Below, piece after piece: positions 47,379-57,123 of a DNA stretch of 64,000 nucleotides. Each line of letters opens with the position of its first letter. The first letter of the stretch is position 1. The stretch comes from a virus: positions 32,001 through 96,000 of IMG/VR virus record IMGVR_UViG_3300033145_000849. The stretch is one strand, 5' to 3'. The notes beneath the pieces are model-generated. The model saw only the letters and a list, made by a program, of their open reading frames with translations, ran no database searches and was not told the origin of the DNA. The position numbers and the translations under genes were made by a program.

Positions 47379-48170
47379 TCAAGCAACACTTCTTGCTATG
47401 AATGAATATTCTTCCTGAATTGGTTCACCGTTGATAATAATCCTTTTTCCTTGGCTGGTCAAACGAACTCCAATAATTTTTTGTACAGTATGGTTGGCTG
47501 CAGCATTGGCATAGTTACCAAAGACTACATACATGTCGAAGTTATCGAATTTATTGTCATCTGTTCTACGAACCTGAGAGTTTAAACCCTGGTTGTTGAT
47601 ACTCTTGTCCCAAATCTGGTCTTCAAATATCTCTACAATATTCTCAAACATCTTGTCTTTTGGAGATTTGACATTAAAAGTAGAGTAACCTGCAAAATCA
47701 GTATAGAATTTATAGCGTTCACCAGTAGTAGCTTCTCCCTGGACTAGTCGTTCAATACCTGCCCTAGAAATTAGTTTTCCGCCACTACCATATTTTGGGC
47801 GATCTTGCCATCCTCCCTTGTTATCTTGCCAATTACTTAAAAGAGCATCGTCTCTCTTATCTTGTTTCTTTTTATCTAGGGTAGCTATTCCAGTTCTTGA
47901 TTCAATCATATGTTTATAGCGTCTTAAAACAGCCCAGAGGTATCCTTGTTCCTTGTAATTGATAGAGAAGTTTCCCTGGACAAGAACTTGACCAGTTGTA
48001 GTGTCGTCAAAGAGTTGAGAAGCATAACCATAAAGAGGCATCTTCTGTTGTGATGTTTGATATTGAAGAGACGTAATTTCATCTACCCAAACATCTCCTA
48101 CGTATAGAAACATTTGGCTACCTGAGTAGTAATCCAGGTCATATATTTCAGTGTGAATTTCTTTAGGCAA
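47379..48170 (-). CDS. Tail tube-like protein 3 (tube initiator candidate, 263 aa)
   Basis: YYSGSQ..LY, QQKMPLYGYAS, GQVLVQGNFSINY, EEYSFIAR motifs. Confidence 0.75.
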   Translation of the reverse strand: MPKEIHTEIYDLDYYSGSQMFLYVGDVWVDEITSLQYQTSQQKMPLYGYASQLFDDTTTGQVLVQGNFSINYKEQGYLWAVLRRYKHMIESRTGIATLDKKKQDKRDDALLSNWQDNKGGWQDRPKYGSGGKLISRAGIERLVQGEATTGERYKFYTDFAGYSTFNVKSPKDKMFENIVEIFEDQIWDKSINNQGLNSQVRRTDDNKFDNFDMYVVFGNYANAAANHTVQKIIGVRLTSQGKRIIINGEPIQEEYSFIARSVA

Positions 48171-48184
48171 TCAGATTGCTCCTA

Positions 48185-49132
48185 TTAGAAAGGGTTCCGC
48201 CGTCTACGATAGCGTTCAAATGGACTAAGCCTTTCCTTAACGTCTAGATAGTCATCTTCAAGCAACAATGAACTAGCAGATTTTGGTTGCCATTGACTTG
48301 TTAACATACTGTTCTGATCTAGTTTTCTTTGCTTTACAAATCTCATAGGATCAAAATCCCTAGCTACAAAGGATACAACTTGTTCAGTAATGATATCTTC
48401 AATAGACATAGTTTGTCCATCAGCAACAAACTCTACTCCATATATAGTCATTCTAGAAGTACGTCCATACTCGTTAGAAAATGAAAGGATAATATCTACA
48501 GGTGGTAACTGATCCATAACAGCTGAGGTGATACCTGCATAAGCATCAAAGTCAGAAGCATGTGCTTCTAGGAATTGATATAATACATGTTCATCGAATA
48601 CCGTAAAGATAAGGGATCCGGCGATCTCTCTTGGCCCTCTTGTAAATCCTTTTGGATAAACAGACCCACAAGCCCTAACTGCCTTCTTATCTCTCATGGT
48701 AGAAAGAGAAAGAGTCTGGCATTCTGCCAACACCTTAGTAGATAGTTCTGGCAAACCTGCTCTCAGTCTCTTGACCTTCTCCTGTAGTTCTGGAAGAAGC
48801 TCTCTTAATCTAATGATTTGATTACCTAGTTTAATAATAGAAGATGATGCCCTAGAGCCTTCTGGGGTCCCTAGCTTATAGCCATCTAGAGCTACAAGAA
48901 GCCTATCTCTCTCAGCTTCTTGCGAGGCCAACAATGCTTCATTATAAGACATCTCGTCTTCTGTCTCTTGTATGATTTTTCTACTAGGTTTGCTTTTTCC
49001 ATAGGTATTGATTACTACCTTAATGTCTGCACCACTATAACTAGTATTGTTGACAAAGACGCTACCAGCTATTGGAACGAGATTTACTCCGCCTTCTCTA
49101 TTTGAACGATTGGAATCAGGCATAAATACCAT
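48185..49132 (-). CDS. Tail tube-like protein 2 (315 aa) with a coiled-coil insertion
   Basis: SYSGADI, GFTRGPREIAGSLIFTVFD, DQLPPVDI...NEYG...IYGVE...GQTMSIEDI...FVAR. Confidence 0.8.
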   Translation of the reverse strand: MVFMPDSNRSNREGGVNLVPIAGSVFVNNTSYSGADIKVVINTYGKSKPSRKIIQETEDEMSYNEALLASQEAERDRLLVALDGYKLGTPEGSRASSSIIKLGNQIIRLRELLPELQEKVKRLRAGLPELSTKVLAECQTLSLSTMRDKKAVRACGSVYPKGFTRGPREIAGSLIFTVFDEHVLYQFLEAHASDFDAYAGITSAVMDQLPPVDIILSFSNEYGRTSRMTIYGVEFVADGQTMSIEDIITEQVVSFVARDFDPMRFVKQRKLDQNSMLTSQWQPKSASSLLLEDDYLDVKERLSPFERYRRRRNPF

Positions 49133-49150
49133 CCTTAGGTACTATAGTTT

Positions 49151-49178
49151 AGATTATCCTTATCTATCATATAGTCAA
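49151..49178 (-). promoter_or_regulatory. Possible sigma70-like promoter TTGACT-N16-TAATCT, reinitiating after the terminator
   Basis: Near-consensus -35 and a TAnnnT -10 in the intergenic gap downstream of the hairpin. Confidence 0.4.
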
Positions 49179-49195
49179 CCTGTAAGAAATCTATA

Positions 49196-49241
49196 GAAAA
49201 AATAATGCCACCCTAGAGTAATCGTCCGGAGTGGCATTATT
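49196..49241 (-). terminator. Rho-independent terminator after the tail tube gene
   Basis: Inverted repeat AATAATGCCAC...GTGGCATTATT (49201-49211 / 49231-49241), followed by a T-tract on the minus strand. Confidence 0.85.
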
Positions 49242-49276
49242 AAACAAGTATTTGCTTTAAATATTAACTAGTTATC

Positions 49277-49978
49277 TTACGCTCCTAAACTAACCCCACC
49301 CTGACTAGCGATCTGTTCTGCAAGCTTACTTGCTACAGGAGTCCATCCAATAATACTTCTAGCCACATAAGTATGTTGCTGTTCAGACACGATGTCATCA
49401 ATAGACACACCGTAGCCTTCGTTGAGTACTTCGATTCCGAAGATTCTCATAACAGCAAGTGCTCCATACTCATTAGCAGCAGCTAACGTAACATCAAACG
49501 GAGGAATCTGATCTGTATACCAGGCTCCAGCCAGTTCTTGGTCGCTACCTACACTTGAAATTGGAGACTCTTGATTCTGCACAGTATCTGCAGCAGTAAC
49601 TCCACTTGTAGAATTTAGTGTAGCTTCCAATGATGTACCATCTCTAGTTGCAGTACTAAACTGTGGACGAATATCGTCCTTGTCAGACTGGAACTTTAGT
49701 CCTTGGTCAGGACTATATCCACCCAATGACGAAAGCATAACATGCCTATCAAACATCACGAATACTAGTGTTCCGGCAATTCCACGTTTTCCCCTAGAGT
49801 AAGAACGAGGATCTGCAGAACCCATAGTATAAATAGGGGCCTTCTCTCGAGTGATGCTATAACTGATCGCCTGTAATTCAGCGATAATCTTGTTAGCAAA
49901 CACACCCTTAATATCGACTCCCGAAAAGCTGTTATAGCTCTGGGCATAAGTTGGTGTAACATTTCCATTACTCGGCAT
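49277..49978 (-). CDS. Major tail tube protein (233 aa)
   Basis: SFSGVDI, REKAPIYTMGS..RGKRGIAGTLVF, DQIPPFDVT..NEYG; directly after the sheath and followed by a terminator. Confidence 0.88.
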   Translation of the reverse strand: MPSNGNVTPTYAQSYNSFSGVDIKGVFANKIIAELQAISYSITREKAPIYTMGSADPRSYSRGKRGIAGTLVFVMFDRHVMLSSLGGYSPDQGLKFQSDKDDIRPQFSTATRDGTSLEATLNSTSGVTAADTVQNQESPISSVGSDQELAGAWYTDQIPPFDVTLAAANEYGALAVMRIFGIEVLNEGYGVSIDDIVSEQQHTYVARSIIGWTPVASKLAEQIASQGGVSLGA

Positions 49979-50000
49979 TATTTACCCTCTCCTTATCCTT

Positions 50001-51875
50001 TTATTGGGCCGCCAGAGCGACGTTCACTGTAATCTGCCTTAATTCAAAGGCAGGTACGAGAACTAGCTCTACAACTGCTTGGCCAAGAACCTGTTGAGTA
50101 GGAGTAGAAGAAACGGCCACATCATACCTCTGCAAATATTCACCTTTTTGCAGCTTTACAAGGGCTTGATCAATAGCAGTTTCTAGAGCAGCCAATCTTG
50201 CTCCCGTGATTCCCTCTCCCAAGAAGGGTTCGGCGACATTACGGATCGAATCAATGGTTGCTTTAACAATCCTAATCGTAGTTAGGCGTTGATAATCACT
50301 ATCTGGTCGGGCAGCGGAAGGTGCATCTGCAACTACGTTACCCTTTGTCTTGGCCTGGAACATAACATATCGCAGACCTGCCAATGCGTCTAGTTTGGCA
50401 TTGTTAATACGGAATGGCAACCTTGCGCCAGGCTGAACCTTATTAGTAGGAGCACTGTTCCCCGGAAGAGAACTAACAAACCCACCATAAAGTGCAGCAC
50501 CAGAAGCAGCATAGGAAGTCGGATTAGTTGGATTAGAAGTAACTGCCTGAGCACCAACAACAGAGATATATTTACCAATGTCGATCAGGTGATCATTTCT
50601 ATCTTCCTGATGCGTTCCATCGGGCCATCCATCATCAGTAGCAATGAACCCACCATAAGCTAGGCCACTGATACTGTTGATTATAAATGACGGAACTCCA
50701 GTTCCACCATTGCCTCTATGTCCTGCCATCCACTTGTTGCCACGCAGACCAGAACCATTAGAGTCTACAATAAGATTCCCACCGGAGTCTTCATCATAAT
50801 CAGGTGTGCGACCGACCCAAGCAGCAACGTCTGCAAGAGACCAGCTATTGGGAGGAAGAACGCCGACCATACCAATCATTTCTTCGCTATCTTCAGACTG
50901 GGTATAACACCAGTTAGCAAGCTGATAGCCAAAGTTAGCTTCATGGAAATCAGAAGGAGTTAAAGCTACTGCAAAAGCATCTTCAGTAGCTGAAGCAGAA
51001 CCAACAGTTGGATAAATCTCTGCGATCCCATCTCTATCTAGATCCCACCAGAAGTACCAAGAACCTTCATACTCTTGAACAAAAACTTCACCTAGAGCAT
51101 CAAAGGCAGTACCTGGAATTGGATAAACTGAAGCTGCAGACCAGGGAGGAAGAGTATTAAGAGTAGCCACTTCAGTAGTGGTCATATCTTTAACATTAGC
51201 ATCATCCAGATAAGCATTCATCGGAAGTGCAACGTCAATATCCTCATTTTCCAGAAGCTTGTAAGCCTTGAATAATTCCTCAAACAGAGCCATTCTACTC
51301 AGAAGGATTCCATCGGAACCATCGGTATAAGAGGCGCCATTAACACCATCGGAAGCTGCCATCGAAATAGGAACAGCAAGAGTACCAATATCCCCAGGAG
51401 TACCAACTTGGGCACCGCTTACGGACACTTCATTCTCGTCAATTGCAGCAGTAGGATAAGCTGGATTATTATCATAAATCAAAAGATCATCTGAATCTCT
51501 CCAAACTCTCAGTCGACCAGTAGAATCTTCCCAGAATATGTTGTAAGCATCGCCCGCTTCTGCATCTTGGGAAACGGTGGACATTGTAATTCCACCACCA
51601 ATAAGTTCCAGAGTAGCAAAAGTAGCTCCAATTCTATAAAGCTTAAGGTTTGCAGCTCCACCCGCAACGGCCTCATACATACCACGTACAAGAGTACCAT
51701 CGTTCCGACCAAATTCTTGAGCTGCTTCGGAAACACTACCCACTGTATAGACATCATTAGTACCTCGTGGAGAGGTTCCAAGGACTATAACAATAGGGTT
51801 TTCATTGGTAGCTGTAATTAACAAGTTACCATCAATCTTATTTGGGAAAATCCCAGGCAGATTCTCAAAAGACAT
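50001..51875 (-). CDS. Tail sheath protein (624 aa)
   Basis: N-terminal LPGIF..IDG and VLGTSPRG; C-terminal DYQRLTTIRIV..IR..AEPFLGE...LVPAFELRQI. Confidence 0.95.
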   Translation of the reverse strand: MSFENLPGIFPNKIDGNLLITATNENPIVIVLGTSPRGTNDVYTVGSVSEAAQEFGRNDGTLVRGMYEAVAGGAANLKLYRIGATFATLELIGGGITMSTVSQDAEAGDAYNIFWEDSTGRLRVWRDSDDLLIYDNNPAYPTAAIDENEVSVSGAQVGTPGDIGTLAVPISMAASDGVNGASYTDGSDGILLSRMALFEELFKAYKLLENEDIDVALPMNAYLDDANVKDMTTTEVATLNTLPPWSAASVYPIPGTAFDALGEVFVQEYEGSWYFWWDLDRDGIAEIYPTVGSASATEDAFAVALTPSDFHEANFGYQLANWCYTQSEDSEEMIGMVGVLPPNSWSLADVAAWVGRTPDYDEDSGGNLIVDSNGSGLRGNKWMAGHRGNGGTGVPSFIINSISGLAYGGFIATDDGWPDGTHQEDRNDHLIDIGKYISVVGAQAVTSNPTNPTSYAASGAALYGGFVSSLPGNSAPTNKVQPGARLPFRINNAKLDALAGLRYVMFQAKTKGNVVADAPSAARPDSDYQRLTTIRIVKATIDSIRNVAEPFLGEGITGARLAALETAIDQALVKLQKGEYLQRYDVAVSSTPTQQVLGQAVVELVLVPAFELRQITVNVALAAQ

Positions 51876-51903
51876 ATAAAGTTGCCTCCCTTATACTTCG
51901 TGT

Positions 51904-52620
51904 TTACAGCGCCATATAAACTATAATTTCCTCAAGCTTCTTCTGGCTAACTACACGAAGTTTTTCTGTTCTTATAAAATAATCTATGGGTCTTCCATAG
52001 AGCTTATTGTTTCCAACTTCTCTAACTATCTCTCTTCCTCTTCCTTGGTAAAGCACTCTGTTTACACCGCTAATAGCAAAAAACCATGTGTACTCTTCCA
52101 TTACGTTTTCTAGCCAAAGAGCCCTATCATTAGCAGCTTTATTCGTTCGAGCCCAACAGGTTAAAGAAAGTGTATTGTCGTAAAAATAACCTAGTATAGC
52201 TCTCTTATATCCAGGGTTGGACGGATCTTCTATGGTTTCCCTAAGAAGAGGTCTCAAATTCTTAACCGCCCCTCGCCTACTTGGTGAACCCTGTGAATGC
52301 ATACCAGGGCTCCTCTCTTCTAAACAAATCGAAATAGTCTCTAAATCAATGTTTGTATCTGGATAAGCATACGTAATGTTTATCTTTGCATCTTTTGAAG
52401 CATGTTCTCGTAACTCATAAGACTCTACAGCACTCTTAATTAAGTCCATTGCCTCTATAATATTCTTTGACGGATTGGGGGTGGTCGTTTTGTTGTTTAT
52501 AACAGTAGCGTTATTAACTATCGTCATAAACTGAGTTTCTGCTATAACCCTAACCCGTTTCTGTTCTGTTGTTATCTCGTCATCTAAGATATCTGTTCTC
52601 AATAGCGACTCGAAAGACAT
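51904..52620 (-). CDS. Tail completion/terminator protein (238 aa)
   Basis: Lies between the neck gene and the sheath; YFYDN...CWARTNKAA..RALWLE motif. Confidence 0.65.
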   Translation of the reverse strand: MSFESLLRTDILDDEITTEQKRVRVIAETQFMTIVNNATVINNKTTTPNPSKNIIEAMDLIKSAVESYELREHASKDAKINITYAYPDTNIDLETISICLEERSPGMHSQGSPSRRGAVKNLRPLLRETIEDPSNPGYKRAILGYFYDNTLSLTCWARTNKAANDRALWLENVMEEYTWFFAISGVNRVLYQGRGREIVREVGNNKLYGRPIDYFIRTEKLRVVSQKKLEEIIVYMAL

Positions 52621-53222
52621 TATAAATCTCCATAAGTAGGTGCGTTTAAATACTTAACTTTCTCAAGATAAGAAAAAACCTTCCAATATTCGAGCCTTCC
52701 ACCGTCGCTTCTGTAGTCCCAAGCAGTATTAACTCGATATACAGAGCGTCTTTGCTGAGGCTCTTCTGGAGTACCGTCCTCTCCCAAGACTAGTTCAATT
52801 ACCTTATCGTCTTCAGTAATTGACGTGCTATATCTGATATAGAATACTACAAGGGGCACATTTATCAAGCCCGGCTCCTTTAGAGTATGTCTAGTAGCGT
52901 TGTCAACATCAGAATCTTCTAGTGTGCGATAAAGAGTAATCTCTGTTTCATCCCACATATTGCCCTCTCCAAAACAGATAGGACAGAATCTATCTTTGTC
53001 TGGCTCATTAGTAATATTGTCTACACAACCACAGGGAATAAGAGCTCCATCACTGTCTCTTCTCATGGCTCTAATTAGACCACTCTGAGCTTTTGCCTCT
53101 TCAGGAAAGCTACCGTCTAGAGTATTGATAAACTCCTGACGCATATCTGGCTCTGAGCCCATGGAAGAACTAGAATAGTAATTGATATTTGAAGAACTAT
53201 TTCCGTAATAATTAGTAGCCAT
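52620..53222 (-). CDS. Head closure/neck protein (~200 aa, start revised to MATNYYG) with a Cys cluster
   Basis: CGC...CPICFGEG, IELVLGEDG, DYRSDGGRLEYWK; AGGAAGGG upstream of the ATG at 53222. Confidence 0.7.
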   Translation of the reverse strand: MATNYYGNSSSNINYYSSSSMGSEPDMRQEFINTLDGSFPEEAKAQSGLIRAMRRDSDGALIPCGCVDNITNEPDKDRFCPICFGEGNMWDETEITLYRTLEDSDVDNATRHTLKEPGLINVPLVVFYIRYSTSITEDDKVIELVLGEDGTPEEPQQRRSVYRVNTAWDYRSDGGRLEYWKVFSYLEKVKYLNAPTYGDL

Positions 53223-54993
53223 TTTTACCCTTCCTGTAACGAGTATAATAAGCTTTTCTGTATCTCCTGCTACCAGATAGTCGTATCTTTGCATTTGCTG
53301 CAGGCATAGTACCAGCCATGTACCATCCACGACCTGCATATGGCCTATCAGCATCTAGTTCTCCCTTAACAACCATAGAAGCCTTCTGAACGGTCATACC
53401 TCCAGATCTCAGAGAATTTTCCCACTTAGCCATACATTCTAGAGCCCTAGAAAGAGGTGCACTAACATCTCCAGAGCTATTGTATTCTACCTTTAAGTCT
53501 CCTAACTGCTTAGACTTTAAGCGATTACTACCACCAGTGGTATTGATCAACAATGTTTCTTGAGCTCTACAGCAAGTCCACATACTTCTAACAAACTGAT
53601 AGTATGAGCTACTGTCAGGACTAGCATTCCAGTTGTTTTCATCAGCTTCTTGAGAAGCTTGGAAAATAGCAAAATTAACAGTATCGTCAGCAACTCCATC
53701 TATGAAAGCACCAACATCTAGTCTTATTCTACGCAGAGTACAGTAGTAGGGACTATATGTTGTAGTAAACTCCCATGTGTAGTCAGACCCTAAAGCTGTA
53801 CCAACAGAAGAGGCGATTGTGCTGTCTAGAGTGACTGTGACAAGGTTATTAGTTAAAAGCTGCCCCGAGGCTACAACAATAGATAAAACGCTCCCAGTAG
53901 CGCTAGGGGAGACGAGAAGGGTACCTGAAGCAGTTATCAGGGGGTCCCCATTCACTGGCTCTGTAAAAACAGTAACAGTACTGGTATCTACAGTGCTAGC
54001 GTCAATGCTAGAGCTGAATGTAGCTGTAAGAGTATAATCCTCTACTGGAACATCCATGTGAGAAATTCCGTCTGCTGGACTAGTGCTACTTACCGAAAAG
54101 GAAGAAGAAGACGATGAGGATGTAGTACCAGTAGTAGTTACAGTATCTCCCAATACAGAGGTAGCCGCTGTTGAAGGGATGGCGTCAATGCTTCCACTGC
54201 CTGTCATAAACGGCCAGTTGAGATTGCCCGAGAAGGATACTTTCTCTTTAACTATTGCAGACCAAATATCTCCAGACTGATAGGTTCCCTCTTCAAACTC
54301 TATGTAAACACCATTAGAAAGAAGGGTTCCACTTCTTTTGGCCTTGAAGGGACCAAATACACTCAGAGGGGCAGTGCCTTTCCAATACTGGAATCTAGCG
54401 TCTCCAAGTTCACCAGCAGTAGAAATTTGTGCATAGTAGGTATCTTGGGTAGCTTGACCAGTATAACTACCAGTAAACTCTGCTTCACCATCGCCAGTGT
54501 TTAAACCACTAGCTATAGTATCAAAAACTGTTCTTTCAGAAACACCAGTTGTTAAGTCATCTGTCTCATCTTCGTCTCCAGATAGATAAACAGTGTAATT
54601 AGTATCTGTAGCAAGACGATTTGTTGGAGTAAAAATAGCTTTGGTTCGATATAGAAGACCAGAACCAACAGTATCAGTAGTGGTAACTACGGTGTCGTCA
54701 TCCGAAAGATCAATCCTCTCGAATGTTATATTGCCCTGAAGTAGTCCTTCAAAACCAGGAGACTGAAGAATCTCATCTTCAGATCCGGAACTAGCAAAAT
54801 CATGAAATAGTTGAAGGTCTGGACCAGACCAAGTATCGAAGTCAGGACCAGCGGCAAAGAAGTTGCCTCCTTCTACAGTGGTCTCATCTATTTCTCTGTC
54901 AAACAGAACCCAAATCTGGTCGCTAGTAATGATACCAACACCAGATACGGTAGGATGTACCAGGTCGACAATACTGCCAATGTTTTCAGCCAA
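53212..54993 (-). CDS. Head-tail adaptor-like protein with N-terminal Ig-like (Big_5/SbsA-type) domains (593 aa)
   Basis: VLFDREID..TV, FTPTNRLATDTNYTV, ATFSSSID..TV, YTWEFTT; C-terminal YCTLRRIR...SKQLGDLKVEY adaptor-like region. Confidence 0.7.
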   Translation of the reverse strand: MAENIGSIVDLVHPTVSGVGIITSDQIWVLFDREIDETTVEGGNFFAAGPDFDTWSGPDLQLFHDFASSGSEDEILQSPGFEGLLQGNITFERIDLSDDDTVVTTTDTVGSGLLYRTKAIFTPTNRLATDTNYTVYLSGDEDETDDLTTGVSERTVFDTIASGLNTGDGEAEFTGSYTGQATQDTYYAQISTAGELGDARFQYWKGTAPLSVFGPFKAKRSGTLLSNGVYIEFEEGTYQSGDIWSAIVKEKVSFSGNLNWPFMTGSGSIDAIPSTAATSVLGDTVTTTGTTSSSSSSSFSVSSTSPADGISHMDVPVEDYTLTATFSSSIDASTVDTSTVTVFTEPVNGDPLITASGTLLVSPSATGSVLSIVVASGQLLTNNLVTVTLDSTIASSVGTALGSDYTWEFTTTYSPYYCTLRRIRLDVGAFIDGVADDTVNFAIFQASQEADENNWNASPDSSSYYQFVRSMWTCCRAQETLLINTTGGSNRLKSKQLGDLKVEYNSSGDVSAPLSRALECMAKWENSLRSGGMTVQKASMVVKGELDADRPYAGRGWYMAGTMPAANAKIRLSGSRRYRKAYYTRYRKGKNGY

Positions 54994-55037
54994 TTAGGAG
55001 TCACCACCCAGGTGAGACTAAAAAACTCACAAATACA

Positions 55038-55046
55038 ATTTTAGCA
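55038..55046 (-). promoter_or_regulatory. Possible extended -10 promoter (TGCTAAAAT) upstream of the neck/tail genes
   Basis: TGnTAAAAT in a 61-bp intergenic gap; no good -35 element. Confidence 0.35.
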
Positions 55047-55054
55047 TAGTATCC

Positions 55055-55717
55055 CTATTTGTCCTTATTGGCTATGGCCTCACTAGCAAAATGAACTACT
55101 TGACTCTCGCTTTCTAGGATTTCGTATGGAAACATTTCTCTAGGAGTCCCTAAAGATATAGGCTTATCTGTTGTCGCTTTCTCTATACCTATAGATATTT
55201 CTTTCTGTATTTTTCTAATGTGTTCCTGCAAAAGATCTTTAACAGAAATTCTGTTTTTATTCTTGAGTTCCATCTGCAGAAGGGTTCTTAAGAGTCGTAA
55301 ATCATCTTCGTTTTTAATAGCAGCCTTGATTGCTCTAGTTGTCTGCTTGCTTATATGCTCACATCTACTTTTAAACTTCTGTTCTTGCTTCTCTCTTTTA
55401 GCTAAGACAGAAAGCTGTTTCTTCTCTACCTTCTTTTCTTTCTTCTTATTTAAATATGTTTGAACTTCTTGAGAAGGAGCTTCTTCCTTTGGCTGACCCT
55501 GCAAGTAGAGGTTGTAGAGATCCATATAAGACTTATCGCTTTCCAGAGTTTTCTTCTGTATGCCGATAAGGATCTGTTTCTGCTCTAGTTCTGATAGCTT
55601 TTCGAATTCAATCGTTTCAGGTCCTGGCTGTTGATAGGTTAAGGATACTTTAACCTTTTTTGGTTCCCCAAGGAACCAGATGGGAGGACCATTATGTTGA
55701 TCCAGTTTAATCCACAT
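55055..55717 (-). CDS. Hypothetical Lys/Glu-rich protein (220 aa)
   Basis: AGGAG RBS; located just after the capsid gene terminator. Confidence 0.75.
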   Translation of the reverse strand: MWIKLDQHNGPPIWFLGEPKKVKVSLTYQQPGPETIEFEKLSELEQKQILIGIQKKTLESDKSYMDLYNLYLQGQPKEEAPSQEVQTYLNKKKEKKVEKKQLSVLAKREKQEQKFKSRCEHISKQTTRAIKAAIKNEDDLRLLRTLLQMELKNKNRISVKDLLQEHIRKIQKEISIGIEKATTDKPISLGTPREMFPYEILESESQVVHFASEAIANKDK

Positions 55718-55745
55718 TTATATCTCCTGAAGTTAAAATGGACAT

Positions 55746-55786
55746 AGAAAAGCTCCAGGGAGAGAATTTCTCCCTGGAGCTTTTCT
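55746..55786 (-). terminator. Rho-independent terminator after the major capsid gene
   Basis: Perfect 18-bp inverted repeat AGAAAAGCTCCAGGGAGA / TCTCCCTGGAGCTTTTCT with a 5-nt loop; symmetric T-tracts suggest it could act in both directions. Confidence 0.92.
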
Positions 55787-55822
55787 GATTATCTGTAAAT
55801 CGTTATTCAACGATTCTTACCA

Positions 55823-57085
55823 CTAGATGCTCAAGCTTTGAGTAGGCGGAATTCTAACAATGGTTCCACTTACGTCTTGAGTAATTTGTGCCGGTAGAGC
55901 AACCTCATTGGGCACACAGTGGACGTTACGTAGCACTGCAATTGCTTGGCCTTCATTCAAGATGCCAAGACCATAACGTTCACGCAGTTTGATCTTCCTG
56001 ATGTCACGATGAGGATCGTCAAACTCTTCAGTGGTAACTTCCTCGTCCACGATGTAGACACCCATCTCATTGCTATCGAACATATAGATATCAGTGAGTT
56101 TTCTGCGGGGATCAAAAGGAACGAACGGGCTGACTATAATGCGGAAAGGAATACCCATGTAGCTCGGAAGCACTGGGGCACTCGTGATTGCCTGCGGATA
56201 GTCAGTCAATACTGAGCCTGTTTCACTGTGTGGAGCTGTTCCACCAGTAGATGTTTCAGTCGGAACAATGTTCTGACCGACAGCAGTACCCATTCCACCC
56301 TGTGAACTGTTGGCCCAAGGAGCTTGTCCAGCGGGATTTCCAGTCCAAGAAGCGAAGAAGGTTCCTCCACCATTGGCTTGTGCAAAGGCTCTCAACTGAG
56401 CGTCTTTAACAAACATAGTCCAAGTAAGTGGATGCATTAACAGTGTGTTAGGCATGAAACCTTGGGTGATGATCTGAGCGAAAGAATCGAAGACATCATC
56501 CATAGTAACAGAACCGTTAGCTGCTCCGTCAAGATCTCTACCTGTGCAGACACCATTCACAGACTGGGTAGGATTCAGGTTATCAAACACTGGAACTCCC
56601 ATTGCCTGGATATAGTTGAAGATCTTAACCTCTTTATGACGGGCTAGGGCGCGACCAGCTGCACGTAAATGCATACCAATCACATCAAACTGACTGTAAC
56701 GAATCATTTCATCGGTCACTCGGATTGCAACACCCGATTTCCCAATGTTAGCCGTCACAGTAGATCCACCCATCTGGAGAGATCTTTCTGGATATTCTTG
56801 ACCTTCAGCAATGTCGGCAGCAACTAGTGCTCCAACAGCGGGGAAGGTAATGGACTGGCCGTAGCTGTAGTTAATTCTCTGCAGCAAAGACGTACCAACC
56901 AATAGTGGCTCTTGAGCCTCTTTAACGATATTAGAGATTACCTTTGGAAAGAGCATCGGAGCATTAGGGACACTCAGGGCATCCTCAAGCTTAACCGGCT
57001 CTTTATTCAAAGAATCGCGTCTCCCGTTATTTTTCCATAGCCATTCAAATTCAGCTACGTCTTTAATTTCGAGATTATTTGGCAT
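55823..57085 (-). CDS. Major capsid protein (HK97 fold, 420 aa)
   Basis: IAEGQEYPE, KSGVAIRVTDEMI, AGRALARHKE, PNTLLMHP, IKLRERYG; strong AGGAGG RBS; followed by a terminator. Confidence 0.95.
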   Translation of the reverse strand: MPNNLEIKDVAEFEWLWKNNGRRDSLNKEPVKLEDALSVPNAPMLFPKVISNIVKEAQEPLLVGTSLLQRINYSYGQSITFPAVGALVAADIAEGQEYPERSLQMGGSTVTANIGKSGVAIRVTDEMIRYSQFDVIGMHLRAAGRALARHKEVKIFNYIQAMGVPVFDNLNPTQSVNGVCTGRDLDGAANGSVTMDDVFDSFAQIITQGFMPNTLLMHPLTWTMFVKDAQLRAFAQANGGGTFFASWTGNPAGQAPWANSSQGGMGTAVGQNIVPTETSTGGTAPHSETGSVLTDYPQAITSAPVLPSYMGIPFRIIVSPFVPFDPRRKLTDIYMFDSNEMGVYIVDEEVTTEEFDDPHRDIRKIKLRERYGLGILNEGQAIAVLRNVHCVPNEVALPAQITQDVSGTIVRIPPTQSLSI

Positions 57086-57123
57086 TATGCTATTCCTCCT
57101 AAAAGTTTAGACCAATCGATAAC

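Noticed and set aside
27291-51875. Bacterial contractile injection system or tailocin instead of a phage
   Set aside because: Portal, prohead protease and major capsid genes are present in the same operon
53223-53354. Longer N-terminus (MLIGHMQ...) for the neck gene as given in the ORF track
   Set aside because: It overlaps the upstream gene extensively, while the ATG at 53222 has an RBS-like sequence and only a short overlap. The same reasoning was applied to 11426-11515.
54085-54145. Poly-Ser/Thr stretch as a repeat element
   Set aside because: Low-complexity linker between Ig-like domains with mixed codons; not a DNA tandem repeat
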